From Candidatus Omnitrophota bacterium (GTDB lineage Bacteria; Omnitrophota; Gorgyraeia; Pluralincolimonadales; Pluralincolimonadaceae), in assembly GCA_028716565.1 (NCBI GenBank), contig JAQUPL010000007.1, positions 10,819-74,818 on the forward strand: a stretch of 64,000 nt of DNA, given 5' to 3'. The notes under the pieces are model-generated. The model was not told the DNA's origin and searched no databases. It worked only from the letters and a program-made list of their open reading frames with translations. Below, piece after piece: positions 27,779 to 37,915 of this stretch. A program made the position numbers and the translations under genes. Numbering within the stretch: the stretch's first letter is position 1; every line of letters starts with the position of its first letter.

Positions 27779-29164
27779 TTATTTTCCGATACAAAATTGC
27801 GAGAATACTTTATCGAGTATATCGTCGGTCACGGTCTCTCCGACCATCTCGCCTATGCAATCCAGCGATTCCCTGAGCTCTATCGCTATCAATTCGGGCG
27901 AGAGTCTTCCGTCTACCGCTTTGATCGCCTCCGTCAGCGATTCGTACGAGCGCCTCAGCGCGTCCTTCTGCCTGGCGTTTGCGACTATTGCGCCCTCAGG
28001 CGCGCGCACCCCGCCGCCGAAGACCTTTTCAGACATCTTCTTCTCAAGCCCGTCTATCCCCTCGCCTGACTTCGCCGATACCTCCGCGACCGTTTCATTC
28101 CGGGGGGCAGCCAATGATATCTTCCTCGGGAGGTCGATCTTGTTCAAGACTATTATCCTCTCCCTGCCTTCCGTATCCTCGAGCAATACCCTGTCCTCGT
28201 CCGTAAGGCGGGAACTCGCGTCGAGGACGAGCAGGACCAGGTCGGCGGCCTCGATATGTTCGCGGCTCCTCAGCACGCCCTCCCTTTCCACTATGTCCTC
28301 GGTAGGGGTGATGCCGGCCGTATCCGCCAGTTTGAAAGGGATCCCCAAGATACTAATGAATTCCTCGATGGTATCCCTCGTCGTGCCGGGTATGTGAGTG
28401 ACTATGGCCCTCTCCCTGCCGATCAGCGCATTAAGGATGCTTGATTTCCCGACGTTCGGTTTGCCGCATATGACGCAGGATATCCCCTCCCTGAGCATGA
28501 TCCCTTTCTCCGCCGTCTCCAGCAGCCGCAGGACCTCCCGTTTTACGGATCCAAGGCGCGCGCCTATCTTCGCCTCTGATATTATCTCTATATCCTCACC
28601 GGGAAAATCTATGGAGGCCTCGATGTTCGCCGATATCGAGATGAGTTCGTCCCTTATTTTGTTAAGTCCGGACGATAGCCTGCCGTCGAGCTGGCCCAAC
28701 GCAGCCCTGAGAGAGGCGTCGGTCTTGGCCCTTATTATATCGAGGACCGCCTCGGCCTGCGTGAGATCGAGCCTGCCGTTGATAAAAGCGCGCCTTGTGA
28801 ATTCGCCGGGTTCGGCGAGCCGCGATCCGCGTTCCAGCACGAGCGCCAGCGACCTCCTCAACGGCATAACGCCGCCGTGGCAGCTTATCTCTACCGTATC
28901 TTCCCTGGTATAACTGTTAGGGGCGCGCATCACGGTCAATAAAGCCTCGTCGATGACCGTATCCTTATCATGGACATGGCCGAAATGCGAAGTGAAAGAA
29001 CGGAAGCTCGACGGAAGTTTGCCTTTTTTTGAACGGAATACGTCGTCGGCTATTTTGACGGCGTCCTTGCCGCTCAGGCGTATTATCCCGATAGCGCCTT
29101 CCCCTAACGGCGTCGAAACAGCCGCTATGGTATCTTCGGTATCTACCCTATGCTGTTTTTTCAT
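27779..29164 (-). CDS. mnmE: tRNA modification GTPase MnmE
   Basis: G-domain GKPNVGKSS, C-terminal CIGK motif. Confidence 0.9.
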   Translation of the reverse strand: MKKQHRVDTEDTIAAVSTPLGEGAIGIIRLSGKDAVKIADDVFRSKKGKLPSSFRSFTSHFGHVHDKDTVIDEALLTVMRAPNSYTREDTVEISCHGGVMPLRRSLALVLERGSRLAEPGEFTRRAFINGRLDLTQAEAVLDIIRAKTDASLRAALGQLDGRLSSGLNKIRDELISISANIEASIDFPGEDIEIISEAKIGARLGSVKREVLRLLETAEKGIMLREGISCVICGKPNVGKSSILNALIGRERAIVTHIPGTTRDTIEEFISILGIPFKLADTAGITPTEDIVEREGVLRSREHIEAADLVLLVLDASSRLTDEDRVLLEDTEGRERIIVLNKIDLPRKISLAAPRNETVAEVSAKSGEGIDGLEKKMSEKVFGGGVRAPEGAIVANARQKDALRRSYESLTEAIKAVDGRLSPELIAIELRESLDCIGEMVGETVTDDILDKVFSQFCIGK

Positions 29165-30500
29165 ACGGCACGCCCTTCCTGCCTAAACATCTCAATGCCT
29201 CGCCTGCCACGAACAGCGAACCTGTGACAAGTATAAGGTCTTCCTCTCCCGCGTGGCGCCGGGCCAGTTCCACGGCTTCCTTCACGTTGAATGTCGCGAC
29301 CGACCTCTTCTCGTAATCAGGGAAACCTTTCCTGATCTTATCGGGTGATATGGCCCGCGGCGTATCGGCTTTTGTGAAAAATATCTCATCCGCGAGAGGA
29401 AAAAGGTTGCGAGCCATCCCCTTTATATCTTTACCCGACGATACGCCGAAGACCAGGTAGAGTTTCTTGTAAGCAAATATGCCGCCCAGCGCTTCCTTCA
29501 GCGCCCGCGCCGACGCCTCGTTCTGCGCGCCGTCGAGTATTATCCACGGCGCTCTTGAGACGACCTGGAGCCTGCCCGGCCAATTGACGTTCCTTATGCC
29601 GCCGGTTATATTATGCGAACATATCGTTATGCCGCGCGCCCTCAGGGATTCTATCAGCCCGATGGCGGCTGCGGCATTCGCGGCCTGATGCCTCCCCAGG
29701 AGAGGAGTTGTCAGTAAAGCGTATTCGCCGTATAGGCCGCGGACATTGAAAGTCTGTTCCTCCGGGCTCGCCGTAAGCGTCTCGTAAGATATATCCTTGC
29801 CCACGAGGTAAAGTTTCGCTTTCCTGTCAGCGGCCGCCTTGCGTATGCAATTCAATACCGCCGGTTCCTGTTCGGCGGAGACGACGGTGGAATTCTCTTT
29901 TATTATGCCGCACTTCTCCTTCGCGATCGCCTCAACGGTCTCTCCGAGCCTGTCCGTATGGTCGAGGCTTACCGGGGATATCCCTACAGCCAGGGGATCG
30001 AGAGTATTCGTGGCGTCGAGCCTGCCTCCCATCCCGACCTCTATCACGGCGATATTCGTTTTCTTTATGCTGAAGAAGAGGAAGGCCAGCGCCGTATAGA
30101 CCTCGAAGAAGGAGGGCGGACCGAACCTGGATGATTTTGAAAAATTGTCGAGGAACTTCTTTATCCTCGCCACGAGGGCCGCGACCTCGGCCTCTTCGAT
30201 ATTCCTCTCTTTCGGGAAGGATATCCTTATGCGTTCCTTGAAATCCAGCAGATGCGGGGATGTATACAGGCCGGCCCTTATCCCGCCCTCTTTCAATATC
30301 GAATATACGAACGCGCAGGTCGAACCCTTGCCCTTGGTCCCGGCTATGTGTATCGACCTGAAATTGCGCTGGGGGTTCCCCAACCCGTCGAGCAGTGCCC
30401 GCATCCTGCCCAGTCTCATCGCGGCGCGGTAATCGAATGCGGCGCGTTTCTCGTAGTCTATAAATGAATCGAGGTATTTTAGCGCTTCCTGATAGGTCAT
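29148..30500 (-). CDS. folC: folylpolyglutamate synthase / dihydrofolate synthase
   Basis: IHIAGTKGKGST P-loop; Mur-ligase family architecture. Confidence 0.85.
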   Translation of the reverse strand: MTYQEALKYLDSFIDYEKRAAFDYRAAMRLGRMRALLDGLGNPQRNFRSIHIAGTKGKGSTCAFVYSILKEGGIRAGLYTSPHLLDFKERIRISFPKERNIEEAEVAALVARIKKFLDNFSKSSRFGPPSFFEVYTALAFLFFSIKKTNIAVIEVGMGGRLDATNTLDPLAVGISPVSLDHTDRLGETVEAIAKEKCGIIKENSTVVSAEQEPAVLNCIRKAAADRKAKLYLVGKDISYETLTASPEEQTFNVRGLYGEYALLTTPLLGRHQAANAAAAIGLIESLRARGITICSHNITGGIRNVNWPGRLQVVSRAPWIILDGAQNEASARALKEALGGIFAYKKLYLVFGVSSGKDIKGMARNLFPLADEIFFTKADTPRAISPDKIRKGFPDYEKRSVATFNVKEAVELARRHAGEEDLILVTGSLFVAGEALRCLGRKGVPYEKTA

Positions 30501-30506
30501 ATGAGG

Positions 30507-32105
30507 TTAATGCCTGAAATGCCTTACACCGGTCGTCACCATCGCGATCCTGGCCTTATCCGCGGCCTTGACCGAATCCTCGTCTTTTATCGAGCCGCCC
30601 GGCTGTATTATAGCGGATATGCCCGCTTTACCGGCTAATTGCACCGAATCCGGCTTCGGGAAGAACCCGTCGGTCGCGAGGCAGGAATCCTTCGCGCTCT
30701 TCCCCGCTTTCCTGATCGCTATCCTCGCCGAATCGACCCTGCTCGGCTGCCCGCCGCCTATACCCACCGTCTTCTCCCCCTTAGCGATGACTATCGCGTT
30801 CGACCTGACATGTTTCGCGACTTTCCATGCAAAGAGCAGGGATCTCACCTGGCTCTCCGACGGGCTTTTTTTCGTCACCGTCTTCAGGTCCGCCTTGGCG
30901 ATCTCTAGCGTATCCTGCTCCTGGAGAAGCATCCCGCCCTCGATCTTCTTTACATCGCATGAATAGACGCCGCGTTCAGGCCCTTTTCCAATATCTTTAT
31001 ATTCGATTATCCGCACGTTCTTCTTCCCGGCCAGGACCTTGAGGGCGCCGGCCTCATAAGAGGGGGCGATCACGCATTCCAGGAACCCCGAATCCGATAT
31101 CGCTTTCGCGGTCTTTACGTCGACCTTCCTGTTGAGGCCCACTATGCCGCCGAACGCCGAAAGGGTATCGCAGGCAAAGGCGTCTTTATACGCCTGGTAG
31201 AGCCTCGGGGATGAAGCGACCCCACAGGGAGAATTATGCTTGACGACGCACGCGGTGGGAGCCGCAAAATCCTTTACTATCTGGACCGCGGAGTGCAGGT
31301 CCAGGAAGTTATTGAACGAGAGTTCCTTGCCATGGAGCTGTTTCATATTCCCGAAACCGTAAGCCGGTTTTACCGCGTCTGCGTAGAAGGCGGCCTTCTG
31401 GTGCGGGTTCTCGCCGTAACGCAGGCCCTGCGCCCTCTCGAAGACAAGATGGAGCAGGTCGGGGAATTTGTCCTTTGTCCGGCCCAAACGTCCGCTTAAA
31501 AAAGCGTATATCGCCGCGTCATACTTCGCCGTATGGCCGAATGCCTCCAACGCGAGCGCCTCGCGCGTGTCATCCGAAAGGGAACAATCGTTCTTCTGCA
31601 ATTCCATCAGCACGCAGAGGTACCTGTCGGGATTGCATAAGACGGCGACATCATCGAAGTTCTTGGCGGCCGAGCGTATCATCGCCGGCCCGCCTATATC
31701 TATCATCTCTACGGCCGCATCGAGCTTGACCCTGGGATTCCTGACCGTATCCTCGAACGGGTAGAGGTTCACGACGACCATGTCGATCAGGCCTATTTTG
31801 TGCTTCCTGGCCTGGGACATGTGTTCTTTGTCGCCGCGCCGCGCGAGTATCCCGCCGTGGATCTTGGGGTGCAGGGTCTTCACGCGCCCGCTCAGCATCT
31901 CGGGAGAACCCGTCACGTCCGAGATGGCGCGGATCTTTATCCTGTTCTCTTTCAGGACCTTCGCGGTCCCGCCTGTCGAGATGATCTCCACACCGAGCTT
32001 CTCAAGCCCCCTGGCAAAATCAATGATGCCCTTTTTGTCGGAAACGCTGATAAGCGCCCTCTTTATCCTGGTCATTTTCAACCTTTCTGATGTGTACCCC
32101 TGCAA
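30507..32105 (-). CDS. purH: bifunctional AICAR transformylase / IMP cyclohydrolase
   Basis: MGS-like N-terminus (ALISVSDKKGIIDFARGL ...) plus AICARFT domain. True start likely MTRIKRAL at about 32075. Confidence 0.9.
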   Translation of the reverse strand: MQGYTSERLKMTRIKRALISVSDKKGIIDFARGLEKLGVEIISTGGTAKVLKENRIKIRAISDVTGSPEMLSGRVKTLHPKIHGGILARRGDKEHMSQARKHKIGLIDMVVVNLYPFEDTVRNPRVKLDAAVEMIDIGGPAMIRSAAKNFDDVAVLCNPDRYLCVLMELQKNDCSLSDDTREALALEAFGHTAKYDAAIYAFLSGRLGRTKDKFPDLLHLVFERAQGLRYGENPHQKAAFYADAVKPAYGFGNMKQLHGKELSFNNFLDLHSAVQIVKDFAAPTACVVKHNSPCGVASSPRLYQAYKDAFACDTLSAFGGIVGLNRKVDVKTAKAISDSGFLECVIAPSYEAGALKVLAGKKNVRIIEYKDIGKGPERGVYSCDVKKIEGGMLLQEQDTLEIAKADLKTVTKKSPSESQVRSLLFAWKVAKHVRSNAIVIAKGEKTVGIGGGQPSRVDSARIAIRKAGKSAKDSCLATDGFFPKPDSVQLAGKAGISAIIQPGGSIKDEDSVKAADKARIAMVTTGVRHFRH

Positions 32106-32181
32106 CTAAACGCTTCGAAAATTTGAAACAAATTTTCTCGCAGTTGCGGGGTTAATCATATTAAATGTAAAATAGGGATGA

Positions 32182-32769
32182 TTAATATTTTAGCAGGTTT
32201 AGTTCCTGCCTGTAAAGCTGGATTTCGCGGCGGAGGGAGGTTATCTCTTCTTCGAGAAGCGCCAGTTCCTGCTTCGCTTTCTCCACATTGTTCTGCAATT
32301 CGGCTTGTTCCTGCGTCGAGAGGCTTAATTTCTTATTATCGAGCAGCCCCTTCTGGTTTTTTATCGAACTCCTGATGGATGATGCCCTAGCTTCCTTGCC
32401 GGCCAGTTTCACCTTAAGTTCTTCGGCCTTGCTGTTTATCTTCTGCCTCTCGGGGTCAAGGTTGGCGTTAAGGTCGCGGGTCTTCGCGTAAAGGTCCTTC
32501 CTCGCGGCCTTGAGCTCCTCTTCAAGTTCCATTATCTTCGAGTTTATCTCGCCCTGTTTCGCGCGGAATTCGCCGTTCATTGTCTCTATCCCGGAATCTA
32601 CCTGGGCCTTTTTATCGAGGGCAGCCTTGAAAGAGGGGTCGAATTCGAGCAGCGCGGCCTTTATCTCTTCGGGTTTCTGCTGGGGCCCGCAGCCCAGGAA
32701 TAATAACGGCAAGGCGGCGGCCGCGGCGATCGATATGAAGAGTTTTTTTGCGCCCATGCTTATCATCAT
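32182..32769 (-). CDS. coiled-coil lipoprotein (OmpH/Skp-like?)
   Basis: Signal peptide plus LGCG lipobox; heptad-rich K/E/L remainder. Confidence 0.45.
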   Translation of the reverse strand: MMISMGAKKLFISIAAAAALPLLFLGCGPQQKPEEIKAALLEFDPSFKAALDKKAQVDSGIETMNGEFRAKQGEINSKIMELEEELKAARKDLYAKTRDLNANLDPERQKINSKAEELKVKLAGKEARASSIRSSIKNQKGLLDNKKLSLSTQEQAELQNNVEKAKQELALLEEEITSLRREIQLYRQELNLLKY

Positions 32770-34030
32770 GCGGCGGCTGGTTTCGTCTCAGCCGTCTTTA
32801 CGTCCTTCTTGCCCTGAGCCGAGGCGTAGGGCTTCGCGGTTTTTCCCTGATGATTGACCCTTACCACTTCGCCTTCCTCTACAGGCTCATGATAGGTGAA
32901 TATCTGTCCGGCGAAATTCCTCAAGGTAAAGGAGCCTTTTGCCTGCGATATGACGTAGTTCGGCGCCACGGGTATCTTTCCGCCCCCGCCGGGCGCGTCG
33001 ACGACATACGTCGGGACCGCGTAGCCCGATGTATGGCCGCGCATCTTCTCCATTATATTTATCCCGGTCGCTATCGGTGTCCTGAAGTGGCTAATGCCCT
33101 TCGCCGGATCGCACTGGTAAATGTAATACGGCCGCACCCTGGCCTTAAGGAGCTCGTGCATGAGCCTGCGCATCGTAGACGGTCTGTCGTTTACGCCTTT
33201 TAACAGCACCGTCTGGCTCCCGAGCGGCACGCCCGCGTCTGCCAGCATATCGCACGCCTTCCTGCAGCGTTTTGTCAGTTCCTTCGGATGGTTGAAATGG
33301 AGCGATATCCATACCGGGGAATATTTCTTAAGCATCGATACCAGTCTCTCGGTCACCCTCATCGGTACCGTAACCGGCATCCTCGTCCCGATGCGGACGA
33401 ATTCTACGCTCGGGATATCCTTCAAATTCTTAATGATATCGTCCAGCGTCTCGTCCGGGAGCATGAGAGGGTCTCCCCCGGAGATCAGGACGTCGCGTAT
33501 CCTGCGGTTGGACCTTATATATTCATACGCCTTCTCGAAATTCTGCGGGCTTGTCAGGTGCGCCTCCGACCCGACGATCCTCCTCCTCGTGCAATGGCGG
33601 CAATACATCGCGCATTTCTCAGTCGCCAGCAGGAGCACCCTGTCCGGATACCTGTGGACGAGCCCGGGGACAGGCGAGTCCTTGTCCTCCCCGCACGGGT
33701 CCTCCATATCAAAAGCCGAGACATCGAACTCCTCGGCCGTCGGTATCGCCTGTTTCCTGATGGGGCAGGTCGGCCTCATCTCGTCTATAAGCGAAAGCCA
33801 ATATGGCGCTATCGCCATCAGGAGCCGGCCCTTCGACCTTTTGACCCCGATCTCTTCGGACGGGGTGAGCTTAATGACCTCTTTAAGGCCGTCATAGGTC
33901 ATTATCCTGTTCTTTATCTGCCAATGCCAATCCTCCCAGTCGCTTTCAGGCACGTCCTTCCAGTGCTCTGCCAAGGAATTAGAGGCGTTTATCAACGTGA
34001 ACTCCTTTCTTGTAGGGCCAGCTTCTTGTT
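32766..34030 (-). CDS. kamA: lysine 2,3-aminomutase (KamA-family radical SAM)
   Basis: Collinear with B. subtilis KamA from HWKDVPESDWEDWHWQ through CAMYCRHCTRRR (CxxxCxxC), PYYIYQCD and AVPTYVVDAPGGGGKIP. The start is uncertain; the ORF-track start at 34100 is probably too long. Confidence 0.85.
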
Positions 34031-35041
34031 TTTGTTGTGTCTTTCGACAGCAACTTCGAGTATCCTGTTCATCAGGTCCGGATAATTGAGCCCGGCGCAT
34101 TTCGATATATAAGGGAAATTAGAATCTACCGGGTCCAATCCCGGCAGCGGGTTCACTTCCAGGACATACGGGACGCCGTCTTTCCCGAGCATTATATCGA
34201 CGCGGGAAAGGTCGACACAGCCTATGGCGCGGAACGCCTTGAGGGCGGTCTCTTTTACCGTCTTAGCCTCGGCCGCGCTCAAACGCGCCGGACAATGCCA
34301 GTTCGGGGTCAATCCCTTACTCTCCTCTACTTCCTTCTCGAACTCCTTGACCTTCCATGTATAAAAAAATTCGCCCGAGGCCTTGCAGTTCGAGAAATCT
34401 ATCTCTAGTATCGGCATCGCGGCGGCCGGATAATTGCCGAGGATGCCAACGGTCAGCTCTTTACCGTCGATGAATTCCTCGACGAGCGTCTCCTGCTGGT
34501 AGATGCGCGCGGTCCTCTCGGCCTCGCGGATGAGCTCTGTCTTATTCCGGACGACGCTGGCCATAGTTATTCCCTTGCCCGAGCCCTCGCTGTTAGGTTT
34601 CGCTATAAGCGGATATTTAAGCCCTTCGTCGGAGACGGACGCCGGATCCGTCACAAGCCTGTATTTCGGCGTCGGTATCCCCGCTTGCTCGAAAAGTTTT
34701 TTCGTAAGCGTCTTGTTCAGCGAGACGCTTAAAGCCATGACTCCCGAACCCGTATACGGTATCCCGAGAAAATCGAGTATCGCCGGCACCTGCGATTCCC
34801 TCGATTCGCCGTTAAGCCCTTCGGCTATATTGAATACCATGTCTACTTTATTGTTCTGGAACCAGTTCAGCAGCCCCTTGTCCGCCTCGACCAGGAATAC
34901 TTCATTGCCGCCGGAACGGAGTCCGCTTGCTATCGCCTCGATCGTCTCCTTACTGTCAAATTCAGAATAATAATCATCGGGAAGGCCGGTATTGCCGGTC
35001 TTCCTCTTCAGGTTATATGTAAGGGCTACCTTAAGTCCCAT
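33992..35041 (-). CDS. D-alanine--D-alanine ligase family ATP-grasp enzyme (copy 1)
   Basis: FNIAEGLNGESRESQVPAILDFLGIPYTGSGVMALSVSLNK is the Ddl N-domain pattern, followed by an ATP-grasp C-domain (VEEFIDGKELTV ... LEVNPLPGL). Confidence 0.75.
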   Translation of the reverse strand: MGLKVALTYNLKRKTGNTGLPDDYYSEFDSKETIEAIASGLRSGGNEVFLVEADKGLLNWFQNNKVDMVFNIAEGLNGESRESQVPAILDFLGIPYTGSGVMALSVSLNKTLTKKLFEQAGIPTPKYRLVTDPASVSDEGLKYPLIAKPNSEGSGKGITMASVVRNKTELIREAERTARIYQQETLVEEFIDGKELTVGILGNYPAAAMPILEIDFSNCKASGEFFYTWKVKEFEKEVEESKGLTPNWHCPARLSAAEAKTVKETALKAFRAIGCVDLSRVDIMLGKDGVPYVLEVNPLPGLDPVDSNFPYISKCAGLNYPDLMNRILEVAVERHNKNKKLALQERSSR

Positions 35042-35042
35042 C

Positions 35043-36089
35043 TTATCTAATCCCGTACCTTTCCAGCGCGTGATCGAGTATCCTGCTTATTATGCTGTTA
35101 TATGATATCTTCATGTTCCTGGCCACTGTCATGAAGACATCCTCGGTAGAGAGCGACGGCAGCGGGTTTATCTCGAGCACGAACGGGTTGCCGTTCTTAT
35201 CCACCCTTATATCTACCCTGCCGAAATCGCGGCATTCTACCGCCTTATAGGCCTTTAAAGCTACGGCCTTGAGCTTTTTGTCGAGGTCCCTGGTGATCTT
35301 TGCCGGGCATACATAGCTCAACGTGTCCGACTTTATCCTCGAGAAGGTGTAGCAGAGGTCGCCTAGGTTTGTCTTTCCGTCTATGCTGATCTGGACCGTC
35401 GGCAGCACCTCGGGGTTTTCGGTTCCTATGATAGGTACGGTAAATTCCGAGCCGGTAATAAATTTTTCGACGAGCGCCGGCTGTTTATAAGTCCGTATTA
35501 CCCAACCCGCCCGCCTTTTTAGCTCGCGGCGGTTCTTTACGATAGATCTGTCGCTTATCCCCTTGCTCGAGCCTTCCTGCTTCGGCTTGACTATCAGGGG
35601 ATAGTCTATTCCTACGCCGTCGATATCCCTGACATCGGAGACTTCGAAGAACGCGGGCGTAGGCACACCTTCGGAGATGAGGATCTTCTTTGCCATTATC
35701 TTGTCGAGCGTCAGGCCCAGCGTAAGCCCGTCGCCCCCGACGAACGGGATTCCGGCCATCTCCAATATCACGGGCACCTCGGATTCCCTGTTCCGCCCGG
35801 TTACGCCCTCGGCTATATTAAAGACGATGTCGACATCGAGCTTTTTCAACCGGCGAAGAAGGTTACGCACGTTGCCGATCTTCACGACCTTATGGCCGCC
35901 GGATTCTATTGCGTCCTTTATGACTTCGATGGTATCAGGATGGTCAAACTCGGCATTGGCGTCTTCCGGATCGCCTTTCTTTAATACATAGTCGGGCTTG
36001 ACGTCGTAGGTCAACCCCACTATTTTACCCCGCACCTTTGAGGTGCGGGGATTGTGCCCCATTCTGCGTTTCACCGCAACATTTGCCAT
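35043..36089 (-). CDS. D-alanine--D-alanine ligase family ATP-grasp enzyme (copy 2)
   Basis: Paralogous to 33992..35041 (FNIAEGVTGRNRESEVPVILEMAGIPFVGGDGLTLGLTLDK ... LEINPLPSL). Start possibly the internal MGHNP. Confidence 0.75.
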   Translation of the reverse strand: MANVAVKRRMGHNPRTSKVRGKIVGLTYDVKPDYVLKKGDPEDANAEFDHPDTIEVIKDAIESGGHKVVKIGNVRNLLRRLKKLDVDIVFNIAEGVTGRNRESEVPVILEMAGIPFVGGDGLTLGLTLDKIMAKKILISEGVPTPAFFEVSDVRDIDGVGIDYPLIVKPKQEGSSKGISDRSIVKNRRELKRRAGWVIRTYKQPALVEKFITGSEFTVPIIGTENPEVLPTVQISIDGKTNLGDLCYTFSRIKSDTLSYVCPAKITRDLDKKLKAVALKAYKAVECRDFGRVDIRVDKNGNPFVLEINPLPSLSTEDVFMTVARNMKISYNSIISRILDHALERYGIR

Positions 36090-36109
36090 AATTTATCTTC
36101 CCGGGGTAC

Positions 36110-36147
36110 AAAAAAAGAAGGGACTTCCCCGTTTAGAAGTCCCTTCT
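36110..36147 (-). terminator. Rho-independent terminator (12-bp stem AGAAGGGACTTC/GAAGTCCCTTCT, U7 on the minus strand; A/T runs on both sides)
   Basis: Perfect 12-bp stem, 8-nt loop, flanked by AAAAAAA (36110..36116) and TTTTAAAAA. Separates the TM protein gene from the ATP-grasp/KamA operon. Confidence 0.65.
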
Positions 36148-36198
36148 TTTAAAAACCTAGTTGAAATTATCCAACTTTTACTGCTCGTTCCTCCGGAA

Positions 36199-36882
36199 TT
36201 ATCTCTTTTTCCATTTGTCGACAATTTCCGACGTTATCTTGCCGGCAATATCCTTCGAGCCGAGGCCGAACGCCAAGCCCAAAGCTAATCCGGTCGCCGC
36301 CAATGCCACCACTACCACGGTATCCAATATGAACGTCCTGACACCGAGCATCGGGAGGACCGTAAGTACCGTTATGACGATTATGACTACCTGCGCTATC
36401 GATCCGAGGTTCTTTGCTGTCGCTATCCCGGCGTTTGAAGCCATGGTCCTTACTATCGAACCTATCAAAGCAGCAAAGAAAAGACCCAGGACCAGAACAA
36501 AGATCGAAAGTACTACCCTACCGGCGTATTCAACCGCCTGATCGAGGAAACCGGACGTCTTGAGGCCCACTACGTTCAGTGTTATGATCACAAACACCAG
36601 AACCAGCAGCCAATAGACCACCATACCGATCAACTCTGACAGGGTATGCTTGATCTCGCCTTTGGCGAGTATGCTCGCGATACCTGCCTTTTCAGATAAG
36701 ACATCAAAGCGGGCGACCTTAAGTACCTGAACAATGGCCTTCTCGACGATCTTCGTGATGATCAGGAAGATAACGAGAAGTATCAATCCGCCTACGAGAA
36801 GTATCAGGTAATTAGCCAAATTCGACCATACCTGGCTCCAGGTGGTGACGATCAAATTCAATGTCGTCTGCCCTTGACCCAT
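36199..36882 (-). CDS. membrane protein with conserved TM-helix repeats (MscS-associated TM_helix-like)
   Basis: 227 aa, five or six TM helices with repeated (L/I)GSI(A/V)..V pattern. No C-terminal MscS beta domain. Confidence 0.5.
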   Translation of the reverse strand: MGQGQTTLNLIVTTWSQVWSNLANYLILLVGGLILLVIFLIITKIVEKAIVQVLKVARFDVLSEKAGIASILAKGEIKHTLSELIGMVVYWLLVLVFVIITLNVVGLKTSGFLDQAVEYAGRVVLSIFVLVLGLFFAALIGSIVRTMASNAGIATAKNLGSIAQVVIIVITVLTVLPMLGVRTFILDTVVVVALAATGLALGLAFGLGSKDIAGKITSEIVDKWKKR

Positions 36883-37041
36883 CTTACCCCTCCTTTCAGG
36901 TTTTTATTCCCTAAAATGATTCCCTGTTTGATTTAATATTAACATAAAGAAAATAATTGTCAAGCACTTTTTCCAGATTTAGCAATAAATTTCTATTCCG
37001 CGGCCGCGGCATTATGATATAATCATAAAAATTAAACGGAG

Positions 37042-37608
37042 ATGAAGATGAAAAGACTTTTTGATCCCAAAGCGTGGATTTTCGTCACTATTATACTGGT
37101 CTTTTGTAATACGCCGGCTTTTGCGGCCGGCAACAAGAAGGTGGCGCAGCTTTTGACGCAGGCAACCCGGTTTTTAAGCGCCGGTGACTACGATAAAACT
37201 ATAAAAACATGCGATGATATAGCGTCCATGGACCCGAATTGCCCGGCCGCCTATTATCTTCGCGGATTCGCTCACCGCTACAAAGAGGAATATGAGATCG
37301 CCATCATGGATTTTACGCGCGCGCTTCAGATAGACCCTAAATACGCGGCCGCCTATCAAGGGCGCGCGCTGTCATACGCATATACGGGGGATTTCAGGGC
37401 CGCGTTGGCGGATCTTGACACGGCGATCGCCATAGATCCCCGTTATACCGACGCATATATAAACCGCGCGAGGGTATATTATGAGATGGACGAATACGGC
37501 AAGGCGTGGGACGACGTGCATAAGGCGGAATCCCTCGGCGTATCCGACGATATGCTATACAAAGGATTTATCAATAAACTGAAGGAAGCTTCGGGAAGGA
37601 ACCGATAG
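37042..37608 (+). CDS. periplasmic TPR-repeat protein
   Basis: Signal peptide; repeated AxxYxxRGxAxxxxGxYxxAIxDxxxAIxxDP TPR units. Confidence 0.7.
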   Translation: MKMKRLFDPKAWIFVTIILVFCNTPAFAAGNKKVAQLLTQATRFLSAGDYDKTIKTCDDIASMDPNCPAAYYLRGFAHRYKEEYEIAIMDFTRALQIDPKYAAAYQGRALSYAYTGDFRAALADLDTAIAIDPRYTDAYINRARVYYEMDEYGKAWDDVHKAESLGVSDDMLYKGFINKLKEASGRNR

Positions 37609-37642
37609 CGGCGTGCGGGATCCAGGCCCGTCTTTTTTACTT

Positions 37643-37915
37643 TTAGGTCTTTTTCCTGTTGGGGAATAATACCAGTATAGCAAACCCGAAGATGCTTAAA
37701 AGCCCGAGTAATCCCCAGGCGCCTTTGTAGCCTTTGCCTTTTGCGTAATTCCACAGGCCCCATATCAGCAGCAGGAATCCGCCGTAGATAAGGATAGCCG
37801 CGCACCAGAGGACTATCCCGATATGGACATAATAACTTGCCAGAAACCCGATTATCTGCGCCAGTATCCCGAACCCCACTCCGATATTCGTCTTTATCCT
37901 GTACTCCCCTATCAT
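37643..37915 (-). CDS. small membrane protein (90 aa)
   Basis: Three hydrophobic helices; stop/start overlap with the glycosylase gene. Confidence 0.4.
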   Translation of the reverse strand: MIGEYRIKTNIGVGFGILAQIIGFLASYYVHIGIVLWCAAILIYGGFLLLIWGLWNYAKGKGYKGAWGLLGLLSIFGFAILVLFPNRKKT

